Below are positions 8,196 to 18,806 of a DNA stretch of 64,000 nt, piece after piece. The position numbers and the translations under genes are program-made. The number at the start of each line of letters is the position of its first letter. The first letter of the stretch is position 1. The stretch is from a virus. The DNA lies in the IMG/VR virus record IMGVR_UViG_3300027896_000011, positions 32,001 to 96,000 of that record. One strand, written 5' to 3'. The notes under the pieces are model-generated. The model made no database searches, was not told where the DNA came from, and was given only the letters and a program-made list of their open reading frames with translations.

Positions 8196-9386
8196 ATGCG
8201 AACAGGCACCATCATCGACTTTTATGATGACCCTACTGGGTCTGTTCTTAAAACTAAAGTAGCTCATACACAACTACCTGATTACATCAGGTCTTCGAGC
8301 TATCAAACTGAAGAAAAGCTGGCTTCTTTGCCTGATGATGCCTTCGCTTTGATCATGGTGGATAACGGGAAGGCTATAAGAAAGTTTGCTTGTGTAGATA
8401 AAGGCAATACTGCGCTATCAACTTTGTACTTTATGGAGAACAAAGATAAGTTGCCGGAAGAAGCTATGAAGGTAGCTGCAGCAAATCTGTTTGGGTACTG
8501 CCTTGCTTTTGGAATTGAGCCCCCTTTGCAGCTCGAAAAAATAGCCAACCAGCTTCCTAAGTTTAAAGAGAAGAAGGGGGATTTGATCGGCTCAACAGTA
8601 ATGCCTCTTCAATCTAACCCTAATAAGGCTGATGATCCTGATAGTCAGCTTAATGCTACTATTAAAAAGACAGCTGCAACTTTGTATGTAGACGTGACTG
8701 GTAAGAAACCGGTTTCTAAATTCGTAAAGCAGGCGCATTCTAATTACGCTTTACATAAATACGGTCAAGGACAGTTCCCTCTTGATTCTTATGGTGATGT
8801 GCTTGAAGCTAACCGTTGGTTTGAAGAGAATGGTAAGACACTACATCCTTCTGAACGGAAAGAATACTGTACTAAGGTAGCAGCAAAAGCTGATCAATTA
8901 GGTATCTCAGTAACTAGTACTCTTCGTAAATATGCTAGTTCTTCTTTTGCTCCGGAAAATGAAATACGGGCAGCAGTTAGTACTCGTATGCAATTCTGGC
9001 AAAGTGACGCACCAGAACGTAATGTACTACAAGGTATGCTTGATAAATATGCCAGTGTAAAACCGGATGTGTTTTGTGCAGCACTTAACGCATTTGACAC
9101 CGATCACGATTTACAGCATTATTGGGATGACTACGTGATAGACCCGTGGGCCTCTACGTATGGAATGGATAAGACTGCGGAGTGGAGTTGGGAACAGGGA
9201 GCGGATAGGCTCACAGAAGATGTATTGAAGCAGGGTGTTAGAGACGGTAAGAAGATTCATGAAATAAAGGCCAAATTCGGGAACGACCTGGCGAGTGAAA
9301 TCGTTGAGAGCCCGAGTACGGTATTTGATTCCATGCCACTGGATTCAAAACGTATACTTGCCAGGATTCTCAACGACTCACAATAA
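8196..9386 (+). CDS. Putative head-associated protein with two DUF6582-like repeats
   Basis: LPDDAFAL...RKFACVD and YAL...QFPLDS...KADQLGI resemble the LPSKSFA...KYPIHD motif of ORF 54692; K-x-A sites present. Confidence 0.5.
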   Translation: MRTGTIIDFYDDPTGSVLKTKVAHTQLPDYIRSSSYQTEEKLASLPDDAFALIMVDNGKAIRKFACVDKGNTALSTLYFMENKDKLPEEAMKVAAANLFGYCLAFGIEPPLQLEKIANQLPKFKEKKGDLIGSTVMPLQSNPNKADDPDSQLNATIKKTAATLYVDVTGKKPVSKFVKQAHSNYALHKYGQGQFPLDSYGDVLEANRWFEENGKTLHPSERKEYCTKVAAKADQLGISVTSTLRKYASSSFAPENEIRAAVSTRMQFWQSDAPERNVLQGMLDKYASVKPDVFCAALNAFDTDHDLQHYWDDYVIDPWASTYGMDKTAEWSWEQGADRLTEDVLKQGVRDGKKIHEIKAKFGNDLASEIVESPSTVFDSMPLDSKRILARILNDSQ

Positions 9387-9399
9387 TAGGAGATAGAAC

Positions 9400-10587
9400 A
9401 TGTCCAGTAAGTCATTTGGTACGCAGTACGCAAAAATTGAGCACCTAACAGAGGGTAAGACTGGCCTTGCTGGCGAGATTGATGATCTCCGCCATGACGT
9501 AGAGGCAGGCTTCGTAAACAATGAGGCCAAAACAGGTTTCCCCTCATTAGAATGGCTGGACGGTTCAGAGCCTACGGCTTCTGGGTCTACAGTTGTTCTG
9601 CGTGGTAGTGCTCTTAATCAGAGTCAGACGTTTGATAGCTTGACCTTGGCCTCGAGCACTGCTCGTTTGGTCATCACGGCTATGAAGCCTGGTAAAAGCG
9701 GAATTAAGGTAAAATTCCTTGCTCCTGCTAGTTCAGCGTCTGTTGCGTATTCTGAGTACGATACTGTAAGTTTGACTTCTGGTTCGGCTGTTGTAACTCT
9801 TACCGCTGTAGCTCCTGGAGCTTCTGGGCTACAAGCAGAAATGCTAACACCACAGGGCACGTTAGCTGTTACGTATCATCCTGTTGGTAAGAAGATTAGT
9901 ATTCAATTGGCAGCAGCTGGTAGCACTTCGCAGCAAATTGTTGACAAACTTAATGCAGATGCTACTATCTCTGCTCTTGTCACGGCCACTGTTGGTAACG
10001 CAGCAACTGCAAGCACAGCAGTAGCAGCTACTGCTCTTGCTAACGGTCGTGTACTTATTGTTCAACTTGCAGCATCTACTGGTAATACTGCTTCGGAAAT
10101 TGCTACATTGATCAACGCAGATAATGCTGCGTGCTTAGGTAAGTTGTGGGCAAGTGTGACCGTTGGTGATGCTACTGCGTTTACTGCAGCAATAGCAGCT
10201 ACGCCGCTTACTGGTGGTGCAGGGCATTATGATGGTAACGCTGTTCTCTTCTCTGGTGTAGAAGGCTTACCAAAGAATACAACTGGTGCGACCGGAACAG
10301 CAAAATGGACAGATACTGCAATTACTGTAACCTCCCCAGATTTGACAGCCGCTAGTCCAGCACGTGCAACTGGAGATGTGATTACGATTGTAGTTAAGTC
10401 TAATGGTGTACGTACCAATTCATTAACTTCTCAGCTTGGTGGTGGAATCGCTGGTCCTCAAGGTAACCAAGGCAACCAAGGCAACCAGGGTAACCAAGGC
10501 AACCAGGGTAACCAAGGCAACCAGGGTAACCAAGGCAACCAGGGTAATCAAGGTCTGCAGGGCGCTCAAGGCCTACAGCACGCTTAA
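9400..10587 (+). CDS. Structural/fibre-like protein with sheath-like beta domains and a C-terminal collagen-like tail
   Basis: Ala/Thr/Gly-rich; ends in 15 Gly-X-Y triplets. Confidence 0.6.
   Translation: MSSKSFGTQYAKIEHLTEGKTGLAGEIDDLRHDVEAGFVNNEAKTGFPSLEWLDGSEPTASGSTVVLRGSALNQSQTFDSLTLASSTARLVITAMKPGKSGIKVKFLAPASSASVAYSEYDTVSLTSGSAVVTLTAVAPGASGLQAEMLTPQGTLAVTYHPVGKKISIQLAAAGSTSQQIVDKLNADATISALVTATVGNAATASTAVAATALANGRVLIVQLAASTGNTASEIATLINADNAACLGKLWASVTVGDATAFTAAIAATPLTGGAGHYDGNAVLFSGVEGLPKNTTGATGTAKWTDTAITVTSPDLTAASPARATGDVITIVVKSNGVRTNSLTSQLGGGIAGPQGNQGNQGNQGNQGNQGNQGNQGNQGNQGNQGLQGAQGLQHA
10462..10551 (+). repeat. 9-bp tandem repeat encoding (GNQ)10
   Basis: GGY AAY CAR repeated 10 times. 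Confidence 0.95.
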
Positions 10588-10598
10588 TTTGGGGCAGG

Positions 10599-11450
10599 GT
10601 GACAGATCACGAATCAAGTCTGCTGGCCGTCTTACAAAAGGTCGGCCAGCAGTCACCCACAATATCGGTAGACGAGTCAGCTGTACTCGATGCAGCTACC
10701 ATTGTTTCTACAACAGACAGATACAAAATAAACTTACCGGAACCTTCTTTTATTCCGCCATTAACAGTGCCGGATTTAAATACTAGGAAGGTTACCCCGA
10801 TAACGAATAAGAATCTGTTTGTACACCATGATGCTCACCCCGTGGTGTTTGATATTGTTCTATTAAAAAAATATAAAGCAGAGTGGTTTGAATGGCAGCC
10901 GGAGACTTTGTGGAAAGAGATCAAAGAGGATTTTAGAGTTCCTTCTATCTCAGATCACGCAAAGGCTAAAATTCAAGCAATTAGAACACTCCATATAGGA
11001 GAGATGTTCTGGAAGAGTTGGGAGTCGTTTTGTTGGATTACCCAAGCGCTGAATAATAACATTCCAGATTGGCATGTTCTACAAAAGCCTTCTCTTTCTC
11101 AATTGATTAGTAGTGTTGATATATCAGAAATAATAAGAGCTGGAGAGGTTTTTGCTCTTGAGGTTACTAGTTTTATAGCTGCTAGTGTGCTTGATGAGGG
11201 TGTTTTTTATGCCCCCCATCCTATTTCTTTTTGTCAAAGTGAGATAGACCGGTATTTAGATAGCAAAGGAATAGAGCATACAGAGATAGCTGCGGCGGTT
11301 CAAAAGAAGTATCGTGATGTAATAAAAACTTCTGGTATGCCTTTAGAAGAAAATATAGTAGATATTCAGGTAGCTAAATTGAAGGTGGCGTGGGATTATC
11401 AAGCTATGAGAGGGAGGCAGTTGAAAGAACAACTGCAGCTACTTACATGA
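10599..11450 (+). CDS. Hypothetical protein
   Basis: 283-aa ORF in the structural operon. Confidence 0.7.
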   Translation: MTDHESSLLAVLQKVGQQSPTISVDESAVLDAATIVSTTDRYKINLPEPSFIPPLTVPDLNTRKVTPITNKNLFVHHDAHPVVFDIVLLKKYKAEWFEWQPETLWKEIKEDFRVPSISDHAKAKIQAIRTLHIGEMFWKSWESFCWITQALNNNIPDWHVLQKPSLSQLISSVDISEIIRAGEVFALEVTSFIAASVLDEGVFYAPHPISFCQSEIDRYLDSKGIEHTEIAAAVQKKYRDVIKTSGMPLEENIVDIQVAKLKVAWDYQAMRGRQLKEQLQLLT

Positions 11451-12292
11451 AGCACATTACTGAATTACATTTGGCTGGTATGCTAAGCGAGCTAAAAAAA
11501 GAAGCTGGTGTTGCATCAGATATTGCTTCACGTGGTCTTCAAATGCTTCGCAAGGTACCTACGTTACCACTTGTGAGTAGGATTCCTGGTATAAATTCTA
11601 GAGTAGGACAGACCCTTGCTGGCGGTGCATTAGGTGGTGCTATCGGTGCTGCTACTGGTGAAGAGGGCGATAGACTTCATAGAGGTGTAATGGGTGGGTT
11701 GTTAGGAGCAAGTGCTGTAGGTCTTGGGCACATGGCTACACAGAGTGGTAGAGATGCTGCAAAGAAATCTATGGGGAATTTATGGCAGAGGTCTAAATAC
11801 CAATTTACTGGTAAAGGTCTAGAAGGTACGCCGGAAGCTAGGATATTAAAGGCCAGAGAGATTGGTCTTATTCCTGAAGCAGGTAAAAATAAAGCTGTAG
11901 ATGCTGCACAAGAACATGCATTGAAAAATGATTGGTTATCATTACCTGGTGCGGTACATGGTCTAGTTACTCAACCCGGACAAGTATTAAAGAATTCTTG
12001 GAATAGAATGGATACAATGGGTAAAGGGCTTACTGCTGCAGGTGGAGCGATTACTGCCGCAGATATGATACAAAAGCCAACTCCAGAAGGTCCCGGTAGA
12101 TTAGAAAAGGGATTGGGTGGATTAGCTTCAACTATAGGCTTTACTGCAGGACCTGCAGGTATCTTACCGGGCATGTTGATGGGTAGTTGGGCAGGTAAGG
12201 CAGGACAAAGGGTTGGACGTGTGGGGGATAGATTGTTAGGGTACAACCCTGCAGCTGAGGCAGCGCCTATGTATGAAGGGGCTGTACAATGA
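11447..12292 (+). CDS. Glycine-zipper putative virion protein
   Basis: Start MKHITE overlaps the previous stop (ATGA); MLSELKKEA tag; GGALGGAIGAATG-type segments. Confidence 0.6.
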   Translation: MKHITELHLAGMLSELKKEAGVASDIASRGLQMLRKVPTLPLVSRIPGINSRVGQTLAGGALGGAIGAATGEEGDRLHRGVMGGLLGASAVGLGHMATQSGRDAAKKSMGNLWQRSKYQFTGKGLEGTPEARILKAREIGLIPEAGKNKAVDAAQEHALKNDWLSLPGAVHGLVTQPGQVLKNSWNRMDTMGKGLTAAGGAITAADMIQKPTPEGPGRLEKGLGGLASTIGFTAGPAGILPGMLMGSWAGKAGQRVGRVGDRLLGYNPAAEAAPMYEGAVQ

Positions 12293-15200
12293 GTGTAGGT
12301 TTAGGCGGCGCAGATTCCTCTGCACTTCGTTTCTCTAGAACTCGAGGTCGTACTGGAGCTTCTTCTGATTACGGGCTACAGTACCCTAGTCCTTTTTTTG
12401 ATATCGGGCAAACGTATTTACCCGCCACTATTAAACAGATGTTTAGGTGGTGTCGGTATTACTTCTTAGTTAATCCATTGATCAATGCAGTGGTAGCTAA
12501 GATGGCGGATTATCCTGTTACTGATATTATTCTAGATACTGACAAGCCGGATTTAAAAGAAAAGTGGTATCACTTTTTAGATTCACAGCTTAGGTATCGT
12601 CCTTTTCAGATTGAACTAGGACTTGACTTTTATGCCTATGGTAATGCTTTAGTTAGTATCTTTTATCCGTTTATAAAGATGCTTAGGTGTAAACGTTGTG
12701 GGCATGAGAAACCTGCAGCGGATGCTACATATCGATTTCAGAATTTTGAATTCCACTGGGAGTGTTCTAAGTGTAGCCATGCTGATATTGCTACTGTAAG
12801 AGACCATTACGTTAAGGCACCTAAAGGTATACGTCTTTTACGTTGGAACCCGGAAGATATAGATATCAGATATAATGATATTACTGGGGATACGGAATAC
12901 TATTATACGATTCCGGTACAGATCAAAAATGATATTATTATGGGGAAGAAGTCTACTGTAGAGACTATGCCTCAGCTCTTTATCGATGCTTTAAGGCTAA
13001 GAAAAGCCGTAGTGTTTTCTCGAGACAACATCTATCACTTCAAGCGGCCTACATTGGCCGGAAAAGATAGAGGTTGGGGTACTCCTTTAATACTGCCAGT
13101 ACTTAAGGATACCTACTACCTCCAGGTCCTGCGAAAAGCTCAGGAATGTCTTACACTTAGCTCTCTTTTAGAGAGGCCATTTGATCTTTGTAAAGCAAGC
13201 GAGATTAGGATTGGAGACCTAGTAAAGACGCATACAGGAGCGTATAAACGGGTAACAGATATTCGTCCTAAGCTCATAAACGAACAAAACGGTGGTTTTA
13301 CGGTACAAGTAGCTACTAAGGCTATGAAAGCTTTTCCGACCGGTTATTCTGACAATCATCCTCTCTATGTATTGCGGAGAGAAGAATTGGCCACTGGGTG
13401 TAGGGCGAATAAGCACATCAATACTAAGTATGTTCGGCGTTATACAGACGAGTATGCGCCTAAATGGGTAAATGCTGGAGATGTCAAACTTGGTGAGTAC
13501 GTAGTTTATCCTATAGATAGGCTAAAGAACACATCCGGGGAGGTATTGGATATATCACAGTATACTGGATTGCCAGCAACAACAGACTGGGTATATCAGC
13601 AATCATCTAAAGAAACAGTAGATGCGTACGAGGCTCTTGAGCAGGGAGACGAACTTCCGTGGGCTGATAACGCCCAACATGCAGCGCATACCCTTCATAA
13701 TAGGGGAAAGACGCCTCCACGGGTAAAGAGGTATATCTCATTAGACGAAGATCTTGCTTACTTATCCGGGTGGTTCATCGGAGACGGCAGTACAGGTGAC
13801 CGACAAATAAGCATAGCTCTAGGGCTTAAGGACGATTATAAGCTTCTTGCTAAGGCATTTAAAAAGGTATTTGGTAAGGAGCCTAAAATCTCTAAGAGTA
13901 AGAGATTTAATGGTCGTTTACTTGTTCACAGTGATGTGATTGCGACTAAATTTATGCGTGGTTGGATACCTGGTGATGCACACACTAAGAGCCTGCCAAA
14001 AGAAATTCAGCAAGCTCCAGACCAAATATTATTGTCTTTCCTACGAGGATATGTTGAGGCAGATGGGTGCTTTCATAACGACCTTGATCGAGTAACATTT
14101 ACTTCGGTAAGTCCTCAGCTTGCTTATCAAGTATGGAAGCTTCTTATTTCTCTTCGATGTGTGGCTAGGGTATCCAAGAGAAAAGAATCGCAATCAATTA
14201 TTGAGGATAAGCTTGGACGTAGAAACAAGGCTATAAGTGGTGTCTCTTATGATATAGTCTTAGATGGGTCATCTGGACGTAGATTACGTGCGCTTTTGTA
14301 TGGTGGAGAAGTTGAAGACGCAGCCGGAGGGCATACAGGATTTTTTCACGGGGATTATTTTGCCTCTCCTATTTGTAATTGGGAACGCCTAACAGAACAG
14401 CACGTATTGAGTTTTGAAGTAGAAGATGATCATACTTTTTGCACTCCAGGAATGGTGACGCATAACAGCATCGCGCTCGAGCACATTGTGCCGCTACGCG
14501 TCTTATTCCCACAAGCCGGGTCGGCCTCCTCGGACCCATACTGCGTTGCGTTAGATAGCCTTGTAGAGACTCGAGAAGGAATATTTCCTGCTGGGGAAGT
14601 CAAGAAGGGTGACTGGCTAAAGACACATACAGGTGCGTGGAAGCCTGTTGAGGCCGCCGTAGATCGTAAAATTCGTACTGGTGAGAAGGTATACGAATTT
14701 TCTATTGCTTCTCTTAGTGCCTTTCCATTTAAGGTATCTGAGGAGCACCCAATACTCGCTGTAAAGCGGCCCTCAAGATTTAGAGGCTATGAGAGCCTTA
14801 CCGAAGAACCGGACTATATTGAGGCCAAGAATATTGACGAGGGGGACTTTGTTTGTTACCCCAAGCATAGAACCGTTTGGGATAGTCTTGACCTAGATCT
14901 TCACGAGTACTGTCCTGAGCGTGCATTCACTGCTGAGTATATGTACCGTAGGTTAGATCAACAGTCTGCGGACATCTATGAGTACTTTGAGGCTAATGGT
15001 GTGCCTAGCTTTGCTCATGGAGAACGTAAGACCTTCTTGGCCGACAAAGGTTGGACCGAAGATTACTACAATAATGCTAAGGCGGTGTTTAGCCAGCAGG
15101 AAGCTGTTGATAGGATTCCTAGGTATCTGCCAGTTACAAAAGACCTGGCGTACGTAGTAGGTATGTATGCGGCTGAAGGTAGTCAGAAGGATTTAGGTAT

Positions 15201-18200
15201 TTCTTTTAGTCTTAATGCGGCTGAAGATTCCATCATGGGCGCTTTGGACTCTGCGCTACAAGGGATGGGGTTTGCTAGTGGGCACAGATACATACGAGAT
15301 AACTCCGCGCAGTACGATGTTGGTGATGTATTTTTGGGCAGCTTACTGCCTCAGCTGTGTGGCAAAGGTGCCCAAAATAAACGATTACCAAGGTTTATTG
15401 TTGAGGCTCCAGAAGAGATTGCGCTTCGTGCAGTAGAGGCAGTGTTTCTAGGTGATGGTTGTTCAATAAATAGTAAAACTCGTAGAGAAGGATTAAAGAC
15501 TGTCAGCCCTCAGTTAACTATAGACGTGCGTGCCATACTACTTTCTTTTGGTCTAATAGCTAATGTACAAAAGAGTATTCCTGGGGAGCACGAGATAGCT
15601 AAACTTCCGTACTACCAAGTCAATTTAAACGGATCACAGGGAGACGCCTTCGCTAACCTGTGTAGTAGCGGAACGCGTACACACAAAGGATTCAGTAGGT
15701 GTGGGTTTGTTCGTGGTGATTATGTCTATCTGCGGGTAAGTAAAAAATCAGAATCTCCAGATGTCAAAGTAGTACGTGGCTTCCAAATCAAAGGAGATAA
15801 GTCCTTCTGTATTGTTGGCGTAGCTACGCACAATACGAGCGTGAATCTTCAAGATTGGCACGATCAGATCGCAGGAGAATTACGTCGTTGGAGAAGCGAT
15901 AATTCGTATATTCCTATTCTTCCGTTACCTATTGGACAACAGACCATAGGTGGTGATGGTAGAGCTCTGCTTCTTTCACAAGAAATACGAGTATGGAGCG
16001 AACATATTATTGCGGGTATGGGTGTCCCAACGGAGCTCATTTTTGGTGGTCTCTCGTATTGTCAAGCTCCTGATACTCTCTTGTTTACGTCTCACGGTCT
16101 CGAGACATTAGAAGAGCTGACCCCAGCTGAAGAGGGGCAAGGGACATCAAATCGCAAAGTAGTAAGCCATATGGGCGTGAGAGACGTTGTTAGAACGCAT
16201 CACGTAGGTCTTAAAAAGGCAGCGTCGGCAAAAACTAGGCTTGGTCTGGAACTTACTGGAGCGTATACGCACCCCGTGTATGTACTACAGCCAGATTTAA
16301 CTATGGCATTTAAAACTATGGAGGAATTGAAGCCAGGAGATAGAGTGGCTGTAAAAGCGGGAGCTAACCTTTGGCCTAAGGACACACCTAAAATTGACTT
16401 TCATACGACAAAATCTGGAGACCGGTTTGAGGACGTTACTATCCCACAGGAGTTAACTCCAGAATTAGCCAGACTTTTGGGATATTTAATAGCAGAAGGT
16501 TCTTGTACTGAGGCGCGTAGAATTGGCTTTGGAAATTCTGATCAAGAAGTAAATACTGACTTTGCAGATTGCGTAGAGGCTGTGTTTGGATACCGTCCAA
16601 AGTTCCATCTAAATCTAAGTATGCCTGTAACCACCAAACCATTTTATCAGACTGAGATATCAAGGCAGCAGGCAACTGAGTTTCTCTACGCATTAGGTAT
16701 CGGTGGTTATGCTGCTGAAAAAACGGTACCTAGAATTATACGTCTTGCTCCTAAGCATCTTGTAGCAGAGTTTTTACGAGCTTATTTTGAAGGAGATGGC
16801 GGGTCAGAGGACGTAGAAGACAAACAAGCAGTTACCGCCTGTTCAATGTCGGGTAGACTCCTTCAAGAAATACAGCTATTGATGCTGAATATGGGTATTG
16901 TTACTTCTAGGTATTTCCCAAGAGTTAAGTCAACGTTCACACTACAAGCCAGGTCAGAGTATGTAGATATTTTTGCAAAAGAGATTGGGTTTATTTCCAG
17001 CTGTAAAAAAAGAATACTTTCACAGAGAACCCCTACTAGAGGATCTTCTTGTCTATCATCTCAAATTCCATATCTAAAAGAGAGATTAGAGGAGTTTAGA
17101 GATCGTCATTTTGAGAATAGGTCTTCGTGGAAGTTTGAATCTGTAAACGTTGAGTTGCTGCAGGAACAGTATACTGTTGATGAGATTGCAGTACTTACAA
17201 ACAGGGAACGCTCTACTATATTGCTGCACATTAATTCTGGAGCACTTACAGCGGTAAAGCAGCCATCTGTACAAGGTAGATTTGCTGCATATACTGTCAG
17301 TCGTCAAAATTTAGAATATTTTCTTAAACATCATGGTTTAGGTAGACGTAGAACAACACCAAAGAGTTTCTGGGGCATGAGCTATGAGAAGCTAGCTACT
17401 AAAGATCTTTCTTTTATTAAAGAAAAAGAGCCTGATTTTGCTCGGCGTATAGAAAATTTAGCTGAGATGCGTTTAATCTGGGATGAGGTACAGGAAGTAA
17501 ATCTTTTGGATATAGAAATTCCTATGCGTGATTTGACGGTGGATGAGGCTTCTACGTACCAAGGTAACGGTGTAATTAGCCATAATTCCGGATCAAATGT
17601 ATCTTTACGTATGCTTGAGAATATGTTCCTTGGTTATCTTTCCGATCAATTAGCTTTACTTCGTTGGATAATCGAAAAGACTGCCTCATACCTTGGTTGG
17701 GCTAAAGTAGGAGCTAGGTTCAAGCCATTTAAGATGGCAGATGATCTGCAGAGAAAGGCATATCTATTCCAGCTTAATCAAGCCGGAAAGATATCAGATG
17801 AGTCTCTTTGCTCTGATGCTGATTATGATTCATCTAAAGAAGATGCGATCATGGAGAACGAAGCTACTCGTCGCATAGGAGCGATGAAGAAGCAACGATT
17901 GCTTCAAGCAGAGATGGAAGGCGAAGCAGCTATGGTCCAGCAGAAGTGGCAGACCAAAGCACAGAATAAAGCTATGTCAGAACAAATGGCTATTCAAGGA
18001 GAAGCGGCTAAAGATCAAATGGCATTCCAATCTCAGATGCAAAATGGAATGATGCAAGATCAAATGGCTGTTCAAACAGGACAAGAAGCGCCACCTAAAA
18101 CTCCAGATATGATGCCTGCTCCTCGAGACCCATCGTTGTTATCTGTACCTAAGGGGATTACCTCTCCATTAACACTACAAAGTGTTCAACAGCATCCAGT

Positions 18201-18471
18201 TTCTGCGTCTAATGCAGATATAGCTGGTGGGCAAAATGTAGACCTGTTGTTTATGGCTAGAAAATTAGCTGATAAGTTTTCTAGACTTAACCCCGGAGAG
18301 AAACCAGTAATGTTAAGTAGGCTTAAAGAACTTAATCCTATACTGTATTCTACGGTTACAGGGCTAATGATGAGCGGAGGGAATGGACCCACCGCTGCAG
18401 CTCAAGCCTCTGCGAGGCCGTTGCCATTGCAACGAACACCCCGCAGAGGATCTGAAGCTGCTCAAATCTAG
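12289..18471 (+). CDS. Portal protein with three inteins (about 680 aa spliced)
   Basis: NPLINAVVAKMADYP, FYAYGNAL, IYHFKR...GWGTPLI, IIAGMGVP-ELIFG, coiled-coil C-terminus; all portal-like motifs. Confidence 0.8.
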   Translation: MSVGLGGADSSALRFSRTRGRTGASSDYGLQYPSPFFDIGQTYLPATIKQMFRWCRYYFLVNPLINAVVAKMADYPVTDIILDTDKPDLKEKWYHFLDSQLRYRPFQIELGLDFYAYGNALVSIFYPFIKMLRCKRCGHEKPAADATYRFQNFEFHWECSKCSHADIATVRDHYVKAPKGIRLLRWNPEDIDIRYNDITGDTEYYYTIPVQIKNDIIMGKKSTVETMPQLFIDALRLRKAVVFSRDNIYHFKRPTLAGKDRGWGTPLILPVLKDTYYLQVLRKAQECLTLSSLLERPFDLCKASEIRIGDLVKTHTGAYKRVTDIRPKLINEQNGGFTVQVATKAMKAFPTGYSDNHPLYVLRREELATGCRANKHINTKYVRRYTDEYAPKWVNAGDVKLGEYVVYPIDRLKNTSGEVLDISQYTGLPATTDWVYQQSSKETVDAYEALEQGDELPWADNAQHAAHTLHNRGKTPPRVKRYISLDEDLAYLSGWFIGDGSTGDRQISIALGLKDDYKLLAKAFKKVFGKEPKISKSKRFNGRLLVHSDVIATKFMRGWIPGDAHTKSLPKEIQQAPDQILLSFLRGYVEADGCFHNDLDRVTFTSVSPQLAYQVWKLLISLRCVARVSKRKESQSIIEDKLGRRNKAISGVSYDIVLDGSSGRRLRALLYGGEVEDAAGGHTGFFHGDYFASPICNWERLTEQHVLSFEVEDDHTFCTPGMVTHNSIALEHIVPLRVLFPQAGSASSDPYCVALDSLVETREGIFPAGEVKKGDWLKTHTGAWKPVEAAVDRKIRTGEKVYEFSIASLSAFPFKVSEEHPILAVKRPSRFRGYESLTEEPDYIEAKNIDEGDFVCYPKHRTVWDSLDLDLHEYCPERAFTAEYMYRRLDQQSADIYEYFEANGVPSFAHGERKTFLADKGWTEDYYNNAKAVFSQQEAVDRIPRYLPVTKDLAYVVGMYAAEGSQKDLGISFSLNAAEDSIMGALDSALQGMGFASGHRYIRDNSAQYDVGDVFLGSLLPQLCGKGAQNKRLPRFIVEAPEEIALRAVEAVFLGDGCSINSKTRREGLKTVSPQLTIDVRAILLSFGLIANVQKSIPGEHEIAKLPYYQVNLNGSQGDAFANLCSSGTRTHKGFSRCGFVRGDYVYLRVSKKSESPDVKVVRGFQIKGDKSFCIVGVATHNTSVNLQDWHDQIAGELRRWRSDNSYIPILPLPIGQQTIGGDGRALLLSQEIRVWSEHIIAGMGVPTELIFGGLSYCQAPDTLLFTSHGLETLEELTPAEEGQGTSNRKVVSHMGVRDVVRTHHVGLKKAASAKTRLGLELTGAYTHPVYVLQPDLTMAFKTMEELKPGDRVAVKAGANLWPKDTPKIDFHTTKSGDRFEDVTIPQELTPELARLLGYLIAEGSCTEARRIGFGNSDQEVNTDFADCVEAVFGYRPKFHLNLSMPVTTKPFYQTEISRQQATEFLYALGIGGYAAEKTVPRIIRLAPKHLVAEFLRAYFEGDGGSEDVEDKQAVTACSMSGRLLQEIQLLMLNMGIVTSRYFPRVKSTFTLQARSEYVDIFAKEIGFISSCKKRILSQRTPTRGSSCLSSQIPYLKERLEEFRDRHFENRSSWKFESVNVELLQEQYTVDEIAVLTNRERSTILLHINSGALTAVKQPSVQGRFAAYTVSRQNLEYFLKHHGLGRRRTTPKSFWGMSYEKLATKDLSFIKEKEPDFARRIENLAEMRLIWDEVQEVNLLDIEIPMRDLTVDEASTYQGNGVISHNSGSNVSLRMLENMFLGYLSDQLALLRWIIEKTASYLGWAKVGARFKPFKMADDLQRKAYLFQLNQAGKISDESLCSDADYDSSKEDAIMENEATRRIGAMKKQRLLQAEMEGEAAMVQQKWQTKAQNKAMSEQMAIQGEAAKDQMAFQSQMQNGMMQDQMAVQTGQEAPPKTPDMMPAPRDPSLLSVPKGITSPLTLQSVQQHPVSASNADIAGGQNVDLLFMARKLADKFSRLNPGEKPVMLSRLKELNPILYSTVTGLMMSGGNGPTAAAQASARPLPLQRTPRRGSEAAQI
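13147..14466 (+). mobile_element. Portal intein 1 (440 aa, LAGLIDADG)
   Basis: AQE|CLTLSS...LSGWFIGDG...FLRGYVEADG...THN|SIA. Confidence 0.92.
14542..15834 (+). mobile_element. Portal intein 2 (431 aa, LAGLIDADG)
   Basis: DPY|CVALDS...VVGMYAAEG...VFLGDG...THN|TSV. Confidence 0.92.
16060..17586 (+). mobile_element. Portal intein 3 (509 aa, LAGLIDADG plus HTH insert)
   Basis: LSY|CQAPDT...LLGYLIAEG...FLRAYFEGDG...SHN|SGS. Confidence 0.92.
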
Positions 18472-18806
18472 TGTGTACACGCACACGTACATGTTTTAGC
18501 GTGAGCACTAGCTTGATCCATCAATGATGTTGAGAAAGATTTCTCAGCATTGTAGATATTAACTACTTTCTGGACTTCTTGGTCTCCTGATAGACCAAGC
18601 TCTTTCTGACGTTTGAAGTAGTCAACTGCCCTTATTGCGTTCTCTTTAGGAAACCAATAAGTTTCTGCTCTAGTTGGCGCTATTAGCTGAATTCGATGTT
18701 CATCTTTTGCCAACCAGAGGTACGTGTTCGTTGCTCTGCTTGTCACTAGTAATGCCTCTGTTGCCATGCTACAAAATTTGCAGTTTTTGCATTTATCGTT
18801 TTTCAT
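18468..18806 (-). CDS. Hypothetical Cys-containing protein
   Basis: CKNCKFC N-terminus, CTCAC C-terminus; RBS GGAGGGG. Confidence 0.6.
   Translation of the reverse strand: MKNDKCKNCKFCSMATEALLVTSRATNTYLWLAKDEHRIQLIAPTRAETYWFPKENAIRAVDYFKRQKELGLSGDQEVQKVVNIYNAEKSFSTSLMDQASAHAKTCTCACTH

Noticed and set aside
10436-10786. ORF with VTKATR repeats
   Set aside because: Alternative-frame shadow of the GNQ repeat.
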